Under the pieces are notes generated by a model. It saw only the letters and a program-made list of their open reading frames with translations. It was not told the origin of the DNA and did not search any database. Shown here one piece after another: positions 24,159-37,317 of a stretch of 64,000 bases of DNA. Numbering within the stretch: position 1 is the first letter of the stretch; each line of letters opens with the position of its first letter. The stretch covers positions 47,654,164 to 47,718,163 of the forward strand of contig NC_068987.1 of the NCBI RefSeq assembly GCF_001194135.2, read 5' to 3'. The stretch is from Octopus bimaculoides. Taxonomy: Eukaryota. A program made the position numbers and the translations under genes.

Positions 24159-25005
24159 TATTGGGTCATCCCATAAATAATGCGGTTTTTTTCAGCTGCA
24201 TGAACTAAAAGTCGGAGAGGGATGGGATAGACTACCTGCATCAACTTGCTCTAGAAGCAGGTAGTAATTTTACCATGTCCTTATTCTTGGTACAAGTTTT
24301 GAAGAGTGCAGTTTGATTTTAACAGTCAGAAAATTGGGTGAATGGGTTCCGCACAAACTTTCTGAGTCTAATCGTGCACAAAGAGTGAATGTGTGCGCTT
24401 CTTTGCTGTCACATCTCACAAATGAATATTTTTGGGGCTGACTAGAGACTGGTGACGAGAAATGGGTTCTCTATAAAAATGTCAAACACCAAAGACAGTG
24501 GGTAGAGAAAGGAGAAACACCAGCATCCCAGGTTAAAGAATGTCTTCATCCACGTAAGGTGTTAACTTTTTGGTGGGATATGAAAGGTTTAGTCCACTTT
24601 GAAATTTTAAACCCAAACCAAATGATAACAAAGGAGATCTACTGGAAGCAGCTTGAGCACTAGAAGAAAACCGACCATATTTGGTTTCAAGACAAAAAGT
24701 GTTCTTCCATCAGGATAATGCTCAGAAACATACAGCAAGGATGACATTCCAAAGGCTGGAGCAGTCTGAATAGGAAATGATGCCCCACCCACCATATTCA
24801 CCAGATATTGCTCCATCTGATTATCATTTATTCTGCAGTCTTCAAAATCATTTGGACAGAAAAAATATGAATTCTGTAGACGAGGTCAGAACAGTACTGC
24901 AGGAGTATTTTTAGTCACGGACAAGTGAATTTTAGAGGCCTTGCAAGTCTACCAGATAGATGGAAGAGCATTGTAGAAAATGAAGGAGAGTATATTTTAG
25001 ATTAA
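24159..25005 (+). mobile_element. mariner (DD34D) transposon, internally deleted and decayed
   Basis: Left end TA-ttgggtcatcccataaataatgcggtttttt. Fragments WVPHKL, TGDEKWVLYKN, HQDNA...PHPPYSPDIAPSDYHLF (34 residues between the 2nd and 3rd D) and RWKSIVENEGEY. In-frame stops; right TIR not found. Confidence 0.92.
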
Positions 25006-25529
25006 AAAAAGAACAGTTTCCATGGGCTCCCTTTCAGGGATTGAAAACTGGCAGAGAAGAAAAGTTTTCTTCAGAGACCTAGACTGAATACTTGAAATAA
25101 GATAAATAAGGCACCCAACGAGGGGGTGGAAACACAAATATTGATATTAAATTAACAGATTAAGCCTACCAACCAAGAATAAGAATATCTCCTCCTTACC
25201 CCATCATTATCAGATGACCACACAGTTTCTGCCAACTAAATTTCACTTACAAAGCAATAGTAAAAGACACCCAAAATATCAGACAGTGAGGTTGGGCATG
25301 AAGTTATGTAGTTGCAAACCAAACTTCTTAAACACCCTATGGTATGTAGTAAGTCACATATATAAACTTTTTATGCACCCTTAACTACCCTATGCCCTTC
25401 AGTGAGTTACATACACAATCCATTTCTTAACTACTCTTCTTATCTACGCTAGGTCATACAAGTCACATATGTAGTCTATTTCTTCCCCTTCTTACCCACA
25501 CTACATTATATATTGAGTCACATATTCTT

Positions 25530-25810
25530 TTATTCTTTTGTTTCAGTCATTTGATTGTGGCCATGCTGGAACACCACCTTGAAAGGTTTTAGTCAAACAA
25601 ACTGACCTAAGGACTCATTTTTTAAAGCCTAGTACTTATTCTATCAGACTTTTGCCAAACTGCTAAGTTATGGGGATGTAAACACATCAACACTGGTTGT
25701 CAAGCAGTGATGAGAGGACAAACACAGACAGACAGACAGACACACACAAATATAATTATATATATATATATAGATGACGGACTTCTTTCAGTTTCTGTTT
25801 ATCAAATCCA
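25530..25810 (-). mobile_element. tRNA-derived SINE family A, 3' portion
   Basis: tttgtttcagtcatttgattgtggccatgctggaacacc...aagcctagtacttattctatc...ttctttcagtttctgtttatcaaatccactcac is the reverse complement of the 63131-63538 copy. Confidence 0.85.
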
Positions 25811-26034
25811 CTCACTTTTAATTCAGATATCTTAAAACCACTCTGATAACTAGTTGGTTGGTAACTTTAGGATAAACTACCCAAAGAGTAGAAACAGTTT
25901 TTGAATTCCAGCTGTCTAACCCCACCCCACGAGCTCAGTTCAGTGGAACTGACCTCGATATACTGCTAGTACTTAAAGAGCTTGATTAAATTCCAGACAT
26001 TATGAAAGATGCCACTGATCAAAATATAACTAAA

Positions 26035-26250
26035 TTAACACTTTCATTACCATGTTGAAATAATTTTGTTTCAATCTTGAAAAGAATGAAAAATTTAATA
26101 AAATAACTGTCAACCTTTATCTAATGTTTGGAACATAAATCAACATGAAATTTTGATGGAAGATTTTTAATTTAGACTATTTTGAAATAGGAAATTTGTA
26201 TCATAGAATAAAGATTTATATTTTAACCTTTTTGGTATCAAAAGGGTTAA
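26035..26250. mobile_element. piggyBac-like non-autonomous element (MITE)
   Basis: Ends ttaacactttcattacc ... ggtatcaaaagggttaa (13/17 inverted match, including TTAA at both ends). Confidence 0.4.
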
Positions 26251-28221
26251 AATATAAGCCAGGTAAAAGAAATGGAATTAATAACATTCTCTGATAAAAG
26301 ATACTGTCTTGAAATCTTAATTACTCATTCTTTTCATAGTTCATCAATATATCATTGCAATTTTTCATTATCATTTCCTAATCAATTCATGATGCAGACC
26401 TACCCACTCTAATGACTATGTTAGATTCTAATCATTATCTTCATGGTAATCTTTTGAGAATTACAGATGAATTTTTTTGTCAATGGGCATGTCTTCATAA
26501 TCTGTGGGATGCAGTATATGAGCACCTACAAACAAACCAAGTGGAATATAGAATGTCAGTCAGTAAGACTTGTTTGTGGTGTCTCTCTTGTCTGAATGAT
26601 GGGGGATTTCTACAGCCCTCTTCAAATGATGTATCCCTGAAATACAGTCTATAAATAAATCATGACCTGACATTTAGACATTATTTCTTGCAACTCCTCC
26701 AACTGTAAAAACTGAATCAGCTCCTTGAAAAACATTTTTTGGCTGTAATGCAGCCTTTTGTAAGCCACCCAGGAAAGAGAGAAGGGTGAGAGGACTGGAT
26801 TATAGACATTGATGATGTGAGGACTGTGAAAGGATATACCTGGGAGAATTGTCAACTAACCTTAACCATTTTGGACAGGTTTCAAGTAAAACATATTTGG
26901 TGCCACAGGTAACTGACATAGAATTGATGGAGGTCCAACTAATTATCTGCTTTGAATGATCAAAAGGTAGATGAAACTAGAGTAGCTGCAAAGATTAATA
27001 TTCCAAGGCTGATTTTGGAAGTGAGAAAAGTGTTTGGAGAGTGAGGGACATAACTGGACAAGGAATTTAACTGGTATATACAATAGTGAACATTGACTTC
27101 TGCTATCTTTGTCGGTGTAAGTGAAGCGTAAAATCTTAGCAAAGGATGTGAATACAGAAGTCATTGAGAATGAAAATTTTAGAGAAGAGAAAGTTGAGGC
27201 ATGTTCTTAATGCAAAAAGAGAGCACTGACCAAATTTCTGCCACTTACTAAAATGTCTAAACTAACTTGAGAGTTTTTAGCTTCACATCTTAATACACTT
27301 GCTCAGTAGTATAAGACAATACCACTACCTGGCAAATCTTTGACAGTGGAAGCTCCCAACTGAAATGACAGTCAGAAGGAAAATATTAAAATAAAAGTAA
27401 GAACGTTTTATTAATATTATCATTACTAATTATAAATATGGAGTGAGACTCAGGTGGAGAGGGTCAGGCTTTCCTTTCAAATATAATCGTTAATGTCCAA
27501 CTACAAGGATTATGTACCAAATTCGAATAGCTGGGACATAAAGAGTTCCAACTGTAGCTGGGTATTCTCACCATAGTAGCATACTGCAACCATGTGAAGT
27601 TATCCAAACCATCAAGAGTATCAGTTCTGGTTTAATACACCAGTTATTGATGGTTCTGACTACAGTTGAGGACTTTAGAAGGATCTCTATCATGGTTGAG
27701 TACTCCCAGCCATCAACAACAATTCTAACTACAGGCAAATATATTAGCAAATGTTTGAATACTTGAAAAAGGCATTCTTTGACCCAATTTCATTACTGAT
27801 AAATAAATGGCATGATTAGAGTACAGAAATATATGTAAAGCATTAAAATACTTCAATCAAAATATATAATAATAGCAATAATAAAAATGAATATGCTGAA
27901 GGAGTATTTTAAAATTCAAGTTTTGCTGTAAGAATATGTATAGTGAGAATAATTGTGTAATGTGTGCTTAAATCAATTATGATATAGAAAGAAATGAAAG
28001 TGAATAAGTATAGTAATACAGAGGTTGATGTATCATGCAAATCAGAGTGTAGTGTGCAAAGTGTGAGTAATGTATGACTGTAATGAGCAAGTGAGTGTAA
28101 CGCGTATGGGTGTAGAGTTCATGTAGGTGCAATGAGTATGTGAGCATAATGTACAATGTGCAACTGCAGACAGGACAACTGTTTGTGCAAAGTGCAAGTA
28201 GTTCTGAAACATGCAAATGGA

Positions 28222-28440
28222 TATGTGTGTGTGTGTGTGTGTGTGTATAATGTGCAAGTGTGTGTATAATGTGCAAGTGTGTGTATAATGTGCAAGTGTG
28301 TGTATAATGTGCAAGTGTGTGCATGAGTGTATTGTGCATGTGTATGCATGAGTATTGTGCAAGTGTGTACATGAATGTATTGTGCAAGAGCATGTGTGTA
28401 GTGTGCAAGTGTGTTTTTGTAATGTGTAAGTGTGTGTGAA
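28222..28440. repeat. 19-bp minisatellite (four clean units plus degenerate flanks)
   Basis: tataatgtgcaagtgtgtg starts at 28246, 28265, 28284 and 28303. Confidence 0.9.
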
Positions 28441-28844
28441 AGGCAGGAAACATTTCCTGTAAAGAGAGAGTAGAACTGGGTAGAGAAATGAATTGTCATG
28501 CACAGGAAGATGGTGCAGCTGTGTCCCATGTGTGTCAGAAACAAAAGTCAAACAAATAGGAAAATAGACCACATTTTGATAAATTACTTCCACCCTTCAA
28601 ACGGAACAGGGTCAACATGGACTATGGATAATAGGGTTCCTCTTTGGACAATGATAAAAGCAGATGCACACACAGAGTGATACTGATGATGGCAGTGGTT
28701 TGAGAGAAACAGTCATACACACACACACTGATGATAATAATGGTGTTGGACTGGGTGGGAGTTGGTGATAGTAAAACCAGAAGCTATGGCATAGTTGCAG
28801 TTATTTTGGTGAAGTCTGTAAAATAGTGAGAATGCTGTTCTTAC

Positions 28845-28982
28845 CTCTTGTAATAGGTCCTGTGCAGCAATGGCCTTCAACACATTTTTCTTGCTGGTTT
28901 CCTGCACTTCACCGCCAAGCATTAACTCGTCAAGCATGAAGTAAGCTTTTTCAAAATTAAAAATTATATCAAGCTCACATAC
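28845..28982 (-). CDS. AP1S2: AP-1 complex subunit sigma-1, coding exon 4 (138 nt, [46 protein letters not shown])
   Basis: Conserved [14 protein letters not shown] motif. Acceptor tctctattggcag|GTA, donor CAAGAG|gtaaga, phase 0/0. Confidence 0.97.
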
Positions 28983-29084
28983 CTGCCAATAGAGACAAAA
29001 TGAAATTGTGCTCATTCAGGGCATAAATTATTCAACAATATGAAAATATACTTTTAAAAAACAAAAACTCACTTTGCTACTATG

Positions 29085-29630
29085 TGGTTTGGGGGTCAAG
29101 TGTCTTCTACTATGGCCTCAAGCTGACAATGCTTTGTGAGTGAATTTGGTGGACAGAAAATGCTTGGAAGTTTACAATGTGTGTGTGTTCATCTCCTCTC
29201 ATACTCCCAAACTTTTTTACCCACCTCTCTTATATTCACCTTTCTGTAACTTGAGGGCACACTGAGACCTCTTCACCACCATCGTTTTTAGCTGGGGTAA
29301 CCACATTTTTCCCCTACAGCAAGACATCTGTCCCTGTTCCTTGAACTGCCTATCACCTAGCACAAAGCCACATCCAACAATACTACTCTCTACTCAGTTG
29401 AGGGTGTTTTGTTGAGTGGGTTACATGACCTCACTAGTGCTAGTACCACATGAAAATGCTTGTGCGGTGACATGTTAAAAGCACTCAACACATTATAATG
29501 TGGTTGTCATTAGGAATGGCATCTAGCTGTAGAAACCAAGCAGCTATCCAGTTTGCTAGCCCTCGTCAAACCATCCGACCCATGCCAGCATGGAAAAGAG
29601 ATGTTAAAAGATGATGATTATGATGTCCAC
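29085..29630 (+). mobile_element. composite SINE-like element: family-A-like head plus RTE-type (GAT)n tail
   Basis: Head gtcaagtgtcttctactatggcc...tttgtgagtgaatttggt. Tail aaaagcactcaac...ggcatctagctgtagaaacc...catgccagcatggaaaagagatgttaaaagatgatga. Confidence 0.55.
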
Positions 29631-29947
29631 TGCTTGACAATTAGTGTTGGTTTCTTTATGTCTCCATAACTTAGCAGTTTGGCAAAAAGACCGATAGAAT
29701 AAATACCAGACATGAAAAAAATAAGTATTGCGATCAATTTGTGTGAATAATCTCTTCAATGTAGAGCTCCAGTAAGGAAGCAGAAACAAACAAAAGATAA
29801 AAGACAGGCACAAAGCATCCAATTTTGTGAGGTATATTATAGTGTATTAAACTGACTGCAGTTCTTGGAAGGACAAAATGAAAAGCTGAGCCCAGCAGAA
29901 TATGAAGGGCTATAATTAAAGCATTTGTATCATATCCGACTAATTTA

Positions 29948-31800
29948 TCATCATCATCATCATCATCATTTAATGTCCATTGTCCATGCTGGCATGGGTT
30001 GGATGGTTTGACTAGGGCTGGCAAACCAGAAGAATGCACCAGATTCCAGTCTGATTTGGCAGTTGATGGAGTCTATTTTCTGCACATTTTCAGCATATAT
30101 TATACCTGTGCAATCTTCTACTTGTAAAAGCTATTTTCCTAGTTAGCCTTCCTCTGATATTGCTGCACCTTTTGTGTCCAAAGCTTACACTGGGTGCATC
30201 TTATGGAGTTTCTACCTATGCCTTTTCTACAGATCAAGCAGGGCCATCTACCTGAAGGGATTTGTGATTTGTCTGCCTTCCTACTTACTAAGACTAAGGT
30301 TTTTACTACATTAACTCCAAGGACCTTTGATTCTAGACTTTGCTTCCACACCTGGAACTTCTCTAGTTCTGGTAGTGATTTAGTTATAAGAGCAAAGTCA
30401 TCAGCATAGAGGAGCTCCCAAGGGCAGCCTGTCTTAAATGCCTCTATTATTGCCTGGAGGACTATGATGAACAAAAGGGGGTTGAGGACCGATCCTTGGT
30501 GAACCCCTGCTTGTATCCTGGATTCTTTGCTGTACTTGTTGCCAACCCTCGCTTTACTGGTAGCGTCCCTGTACAAGGCTTGTACAACTGTCACCAACTG
30601 CTCGTCTATCCCTAGTTTCTGCATTGACCACCAGATAAGGGATTGAGGGACCCTGTCTAAAGCTTTCTCCACTCAACAAAAGCAAGTACAGAGGTTTATC
30701 TTTGGCTAGGTGTTTCTCCTGCAGTTGTCTTCCCAGAACTACAGCAACACTGGTGCTTCTACCTGGCACAAAACCAAACTGCATCTCATCTAGACTAACT
30801 CTCTCCCTAATTAGTTGGGCTATGACTCTCTCTGTGACTTTCATCACCTGATCCAACAATTTGATACCCCTAATTATTTCTAAGGCATCACCTTTACCTT
30901 TGTAGCAGTTGACTATGGTGTTGCTACACCAGTCATTGGGTATGGCTCCTTCGTGAACCACTTGATTTACAATACAGGTAACTAGACCATAACCCACACC
31001 ACCAGATATTTTAAGCATCTCAGCAGTAATTACTGATGGGTTGGGGGGTGGCTGTCGTCATATCCTTAATTGCTTTATCTACCAGGGTACTGTTGATTCG
31101 GGTAGTTGGCTCTTCAATTGGGTCAACATTTAGCAGACTCTACTCCTCCCATTCATTCTCCACGTTGAGCGGCGTTTCATAATGGCATTTCCAATCCCCC
31201 TCCTTTGCAGAATCATAAATGCAAGTGCACCATCATCTACACAGACACATTTCTCTATGACATGACAATTTTCTCTCACAACTGTTTTGCAATCTGAAAT
31301 ATTTCAGTTCTTTGGTCCTCGTGTCACTGAACATAGGCAAACTTCTTTGCCACTTCTCCCTTGGCTAAGTATACCTGTCTCCTAGCTTCCCGCCTGGTCA
31401 TCTGATACAGTTCCCTGCTACCCCTACTCTTCCAAGCCTGTTTCTTTGCTCTAATGGCCCTCTCAACAGTATTGTTCCACCACCACGTTACCCTAGGTCT
31501 GGAAGGGGCTTTGCACCAGCCACAGATTTGGACTCTGGCACTCAGCAAGCTGTTCTGCAAGAATTTCCAGTTGCCCTCTATGTCACAAATCTGTAACTCC
31601 TCCTCCCACTCAAATTTCTCAATTAGGATGTCCCTAAATCTCTGACCATACAAAGGGCTTTTAAGCTTCCAAATCCTTCTTTTCCAGATCGGTCTGCTTC
31701 TTGGCAGCCTTCTGGCCTGGAGTCTAAAGTCAGTAATGACTAGTCTATGCTGAGGGTGGGGGGTGTTTACATTCTTCACCAGGGAGGGTTTTTGTATTTA
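29948..31800 (-). mobile_element. RTE-clade LINE, fragmented (end of endonuclease, RT, 3' tail)
   Basis: PQHRLVITDFRL, WCSNTIVNCYKGKGDALE, QFGFVPGRST, GVHQGSVLNPLLF and WELLYADD, with frameshifts. The (CAT)n-bounded tail at 29948-30060 is joined directly to RT sequence. Confidence 0.93.
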
Positions 31801-32779
31801 AGAGCAACTATACATCCCGCTATTCTAGAAATCCACTAAAAACTATTTTTTTACTCTATGAATGAAACTTTTATTTTAAGGGCTTTTGTAGAGTCTTAAA
31901 ACATATAAACTGGGTCAAGCTTACTGCTGAGAAACAAATAAAACATAGCTAAGAAATAACTGTCACAGACAACAATGACAGTTTCAAATAAACTGATACA
32001 TAATTATTCATTTTAATGTGCACTTTCTCAGGCTTAAATGAGATGGACAGTATTTATTAGAGTAGACTTTCTATGGCCAGATGCTCTTCCTATCACCAAC
32101 TCCCACCTGTTTCCAAACAAGCTAATATTTCCCCATGACCACACATGAATACTGGAAATGAATGACACTCTTTCTTACAACTGTCATGCGATGTGAAGAC
32201 ATGGTGACAAACACACAAAGTTATTTTAAACTCATGAAATGGATTTTTTTTTTTCCACTTTGGAAATGAGTATAGTGCTGAATTGCATCTCTGTTCCTTT
32301 TCTTCAAACATTCACACACAAAATGTGTGTGTGTGTGTGTGTTCTTGTTTCAGCATCACATGTTGGTTTTAACTGAACATCATCATTATACAAGCATTGT
32401 TGTTTGCTTCTAGTTTTCTGTGAATCACATGTCTGAACATGGGAAAATATCTTGTTTAGAAACGGGTAGTGGTTGGCAACAGGAAGAGCATCCAGTTGTA
32501 GGAAAGCTGTCTCAACAAATTCTGTCTGACCCATGCAAGCATGGAAAAATGGATATTAAATGGTAATATAAGTTTATATATATATATATATATCATAACA
32601 TCTACTTTTCTATATTTGCATAGTTCAGAGTTTGAGAATTGCCAGCCTTCACTTGTTTCCAAGCAAGATAATATTCTTCATGGCCAGATATGTTCCTGCA
32701 GAATACTGAAAATGAATGACACTGCTTGTATGACAGTGACACTCATTTTTACAACTATCATGCAATGTCAAGACAAGGT

Positions 32780-32960
32780 AACAGGAACAAACACACACAC
32801 ATGATGGGCTTCTTTCTGCTTCCCTTTATCAAATCCACTCACAAAGCATTGGTCAGCTTAGGGCTATAAAAGAAGACACTTGCCCAAGGTGCCAAACAGT
32901 GGGACTAAACCAGGAACTATGTGGTTGGGAAGTAAACTTCTTACCACACAGCTGTAGCTG
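32780..32960 (-). mobile_element. tRNA-derived SINE family A, 5' portion
   Basis: aaatccactcacaaagc...gaagacacttgcccaaggtgcc...gggactaaaccaggaactatgtggttggg...cttaccacacagc. Confidence 0.8.
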
Positions 32961-33081
32961 CATCTATTAGCAATCATAGATAAAAGTTGCAAATATAACA
33001 AAAATTCTTTTTCTGTGTAAAACATTTTCGCAAAAAGCTCAAAGTATATGCATAACAGTGAAAAGGCCAAACAATACTTAC

Positions 33082-33190
33082 GCTGCCAAAATATTTATCA
33101 AGCAATTCAACATATCTGTGTATGATTTCAAGTGTTAATAATTCATTGTCAGCTGGTTCAATGGCACAACAGAAGTAAAGGCTGGCATAT
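33082..33190 (-). CDS. AP1S2: AP-1 complex subunit sigma-1, coding exon 3 (109 nt, [36 protein letters not shown])
   Basis: Conserved sigma-adaptin motifs YASLYF and [13 protein letters not shown]. Acceptor cattttcttttcag|A completes the phase-2 codon; donor GGCAGC|gtaagt. Confidence 0.97.
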
Positions 33191-33235
33191 CTGAAAAGAA
33201 AATGACAAACTGTGAGCAAACTAATTCTGTATATA

Positions 33236-34330
33236 CAGGGTATTCAAAAAGTCTTTCCACAGTATTTTATTGCAAAATAAATATTCATAAGATGGTATGA
33301 GACGACAAAAGAATATTTAAGACTTTAAAAAAACCTTATAAGTGGTGTTGAAAGTGTTGTCCTTCATTTTCAATACATAAGCTGACTCTTCTACACATGC
33401 TTTGAAATTCATCTTGGAGAGTCTGACGTGGTATAGACCATGTGAAGGCTATGATTTTCAGGCAATTCTTGTACACTTGCTCCCCAGAAAAAAAAAGTCT
33501 GGTGATGTTATAAATCAGGTGATCTTGGTGGCCAAGTCCCTTTGAAATAACCCGTTAACTGAAAAACTCTTGAAGTAGCGGCATGGTGGTGTGCAAAGTA
33601 TGTGCGGTAGCTCCATCTTGCTGAAAGTATGCATTATTAATTTCACTTTCAGTCAGTTGGCCTACAAATGGATAGACAATATTTGAGCAATATCTCTCAG
33701 TGTTGCTGGTGCCTTCAAAAAATATCGGTCCCACAATACGCTTTCTCGAAATTGCTATCCATACTCCAACTTTTGCCGGATGCAGAGGTTGCTCATGCAT
33801 CACGTCTGGATTCTCAGTGCTCCATAACCTTGTGTTTTGCGAACTCATGTATCCTGACAGATGAAACAAAGCCTCATTGGCGTAAAAACACCCATCCAGC
33901 ATTTCTATGCCTTTTTCGGCAACAAAGTTTTGAAACCAATGACAATAACAAAGCCTTTTAGCATGATACGTAGTCTTCAATTATTGAATGTCCAGCACTT
34001 TGTATAGAAGAAACTCAATTACTTTATTACTGCCATGTGAACACTTCCCAGGCTGAGTTCTGTTTCCCGTGACAATTTGCGTAAGGACTTTGATAGGCTG
34101 GGCTTGCCAACAGTTTATCAGAAAGAACAGTAGGCCTACTGCTTCTTGCTGCGTCTTCTACTGAGCCTGTGTTTCTAAATTTTCCTAAAAAATCCTGCAC
34201 AGTGTCACAATGTGGAACAACAATATTTGGAAAAGTTTCACTGAACTTCTGTTTCACAGTATCTGTGTATTTGTTTCCAGCTCAAAACACCAGTTCAACT
34301 AAAAATGTATGTTCTTCAGTGGTTAGCATG
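33236..34330 (-). mobile_element. Tc1/mariner-superfamily transposon of maT/rosa type (about DD37-41D), decayed
   Basis: HTH region ...KFRNTGSVEDAARSSRP; catalytic region EALFHLSGYMSSQNTRLWS, KVGVW, GPIFFE, FQQDGATAHT, WPPRSPDL..SPDFFFWG. End TA-cagggtattcaaaaagtc at 33234-33255. Confidence 0.9.
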
Positions 34331-35653
34331 TTGGACACACTGAAGGGTACACAATGGCTGAGGGACAATGGCTGACACCCAGCCACCCACGCAGTGATAA
34401 CCAGGTTGTGCATGCGCAGGATGAAAAGAATTCACTGCGAAGAGGCTTTTTGAACAAAACAGATGATATAACTTGGCTGGTTGTTTTCATCAGTCACACT
34501 TTACATAATAGAGAAAGGAAGGAGTGCAAAAGAAGGACAAAAAGTTAAAATAAGAGGTGCAGGTGTAGTGGCAGGAGGAGGAGCAGAGGGAGTAAATGAG
34601 GAGTTATATAAATGAGAAATTTGTTTTATTTAATTTTAAGGCAATAAATATTTTTTGAAAATTAGAATTTAACTCATCATTTTGTAAAGGCACCAAGAAA
34701 TTTGACATATGCTTCATTAACTGATATTATCCTGGGTGACAAGAGTAAATTTCTCGATATAACTGTCATATGATGGGGGATATTCTATTAATGTAATAAT
34801 GATGTAATATGTCCTCATTTCAGTCATTACTGTAATCATCACTATACAGTAGCTCAAGCTGCCACAATTAGTATCCAAATTGCCCTTTATTCACACTGTA
34901 CTGTACCATTTTCAAATAAAAAGGAAGGACACATAGGGAGACTTACTGAGGTAGTACTTCACAGCAAGATGCCCTTCCTGTTGCCAAGTCTTACCTGTTT
35001 TTCAAATAAAGGACTTTCATTTTTAAATTTTACTGGTCTTTGAAAGTGCAGAGCTATAGTACCTTAGTGTTTACAGGGAATGTAAATATGACATCAACAA
35101 TTTGCTCAGACAGTGCTATGCAAAGATGCAGAATGTTAACATTCATACACACACACACACACAAACACACACATTCATACATACATACATAGAGTTTCTG
35201 TCTACTAATTTCTTGTAAATGAAATTGCCCAAGTAAACTACACATCCACACCCTTGCCTATGTCAGAGGGGAAAAAAAAAAGGACAAGATAGTTACAGTT
35301 GGAACATCTTTCATCACAAGTTTTCTTGACCAGAATTGGAGATTAAACAACATAACAAGCAACACTGTTGTTGTTGTACAGCAGTAAAACAGATGTTCTA
35401 TTATGATACAATATGTTAACAACTGTCTGTCTCTCAGCTGCAAGACCAAGAACCCATAGATCTAATCTAAGTACCTCCTTTGCCTTGAAATAATGACTGG
35501 TGAATAAATGTTTGTGGTGGAGTATTTAAAAAAAAATGTTTCTTTTCAAGGAGGGTCACAGTACCCAGAAGAGGGCTGTAAAGTCTGAAAATGTTTATAC
35601 AACGAGGGACTACATAGAAGTTAACAGTGATGTGCGCTTGTTCATATATCTAT

Positions 35654-36026
35654 TGTTGTTGTTGGCACTCCGTCGCTTACGACGTCGAGGGTTCCAGTTG
35701 ATCCGATCAACGGAACAGCCTGCTCATGAAATTAACGTGCAAGTGGCTGAGCACACCACAGACACGTAGTTCTCGAGGATATTCAGCATGACACAGTGTG
35801 ACAAGGTTGACCCTTTGAATTACAGGCACAACAGAAACAGGAAGTAAGCGTGAGAGAAAGTTGTGGTGGAAGAGTACAGCAGGGTTCGCCACCATCCCCT
35901 GCCGGAGCCTCGTGGAGCTTTCGGTGTTTTCACTCAATAAACACTCACAACGCCCAGTCTGGGAATTGAAACCGCGATCCTATGACCACGAGTCCGCTGC
36001 CCTAACCACTGGGCCATTGCGTCTCC
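35654..36026 (-). mobile_element. young full-length tRNA-derived SINE (family D) with (AAC)n tail and 11-bp TSD
   Basis: Head ggagacgcaa-TGGCCCAGTGG (A box)...GGTTTCAATTCC (B box). CpGs retained; tail ccaacaacaacaa. CATATATCTAT is duplicated at 35643-35653 and 36027-36037. Confidence 0.9.
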
Positions 36027-37317
36027 CATATATCTATACTAGACATGTAAGTAAATGGAATGAGTGGCATGCAGAAAGAAACTGACACAATACTCGAGCA
36101 CAGCCACAGGTTGACTGGAATAACTTATCTCCCACAAATAACAAAAAATATGAAAGACCTGAAAGGATTATAATGGCTAAAATTTAGCTTACTAGTGATA
36201 TCTTATGAGCTGTGTCTCTTCTCCTGGCAAGAGTGTCAGTCTCATGCAGGTGAAGTCCTACAAGCATATCATTTATATCTATGCCCCTGCACCCAATTTG
36301 TCATTGTCTAGCCTTCCCCACAACTGATGTTCCTCTCCCTCACTCTTCTGACTACGGTAGTTTTTACTCAGCTGCTGTAATTTACATATATTTCATCCTG
36401 CTTCTGTGCTTCCAATTATTTCTTTTTGAGGAACCACTTTTTTGCCACCAATTCCAGATTCTCTGTATCACTCCTCCCACTTTATTTCCACCAAACACCC
36501 CTTTCCCCTGAATACCCTCTCATTTCAGCCATCAATGCCATTTCCACCTTAGTCACTCACTATATCCACTCCTACATTCTTCTTGTCACTGTCACTGTGT
36601 ATCCCTCTCTCCCCACCACACTTCGCATCATCTCCATTATTTTCATCTGTCTGTAGTTTTATTATACTGTTGCTCTCCACCACCTCCACAAATCACTTTC
36701 TCTCCACCAACTCACTTCTATTTCCTTCACCATCCCCTCACAAAAACTGATTCATCATTAACTGCACATTCAGCCCTATTCCCCATTCACCTATCACCCC
36801 ATCTCTGTCACTTGCAAACTTACTGATTCATACACCCTCCTTGATTATCTGTACCTGTTCATTCATATTGTCATCTTGTACCTTGAGAGTACATCCCGAC
36901 ATTGCATCACTACCATCTAAAACCCAACCCTAAACCCAACATTAATTCTAACACTAATCAAAACCCTTACCTTAAACCTAACCATAACCCTAACTACCTA
37001 CTTAACTGCCTGCCAAACTGCCTGTCTGCCTGCCTACCTAATTACCTACCTATCTATATTTCACTATTTCTATCAACCTTTCTACCTCTCTAACTTTCTG
37101 TTTATCTGTCTATCACTACTATAGCCAATCAATCTCTTTTAGATAGTGAATCTAAAACTACCTTATCCAATGTGTCTGTCCTTCCAATTTTGAGAATAAG
37201 ATGTGAAATGAAAATTTAGGTTGTTATTTCTACAAGATCAATTTTCTAGAAGTTCTCTCACTGCTACTTCCACTTGAACTGCAAAAATTACTACAGTGAA
37301 TAAACAGAGCTACATAC

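Noticed and set aside
27977-28593. Long overlapping His/Thr/Cys-rich ORFs (141-183 aa)
   Set aside because: Translation of the 19-bp minisatellite and (CA)n; open in several frames, no domain.
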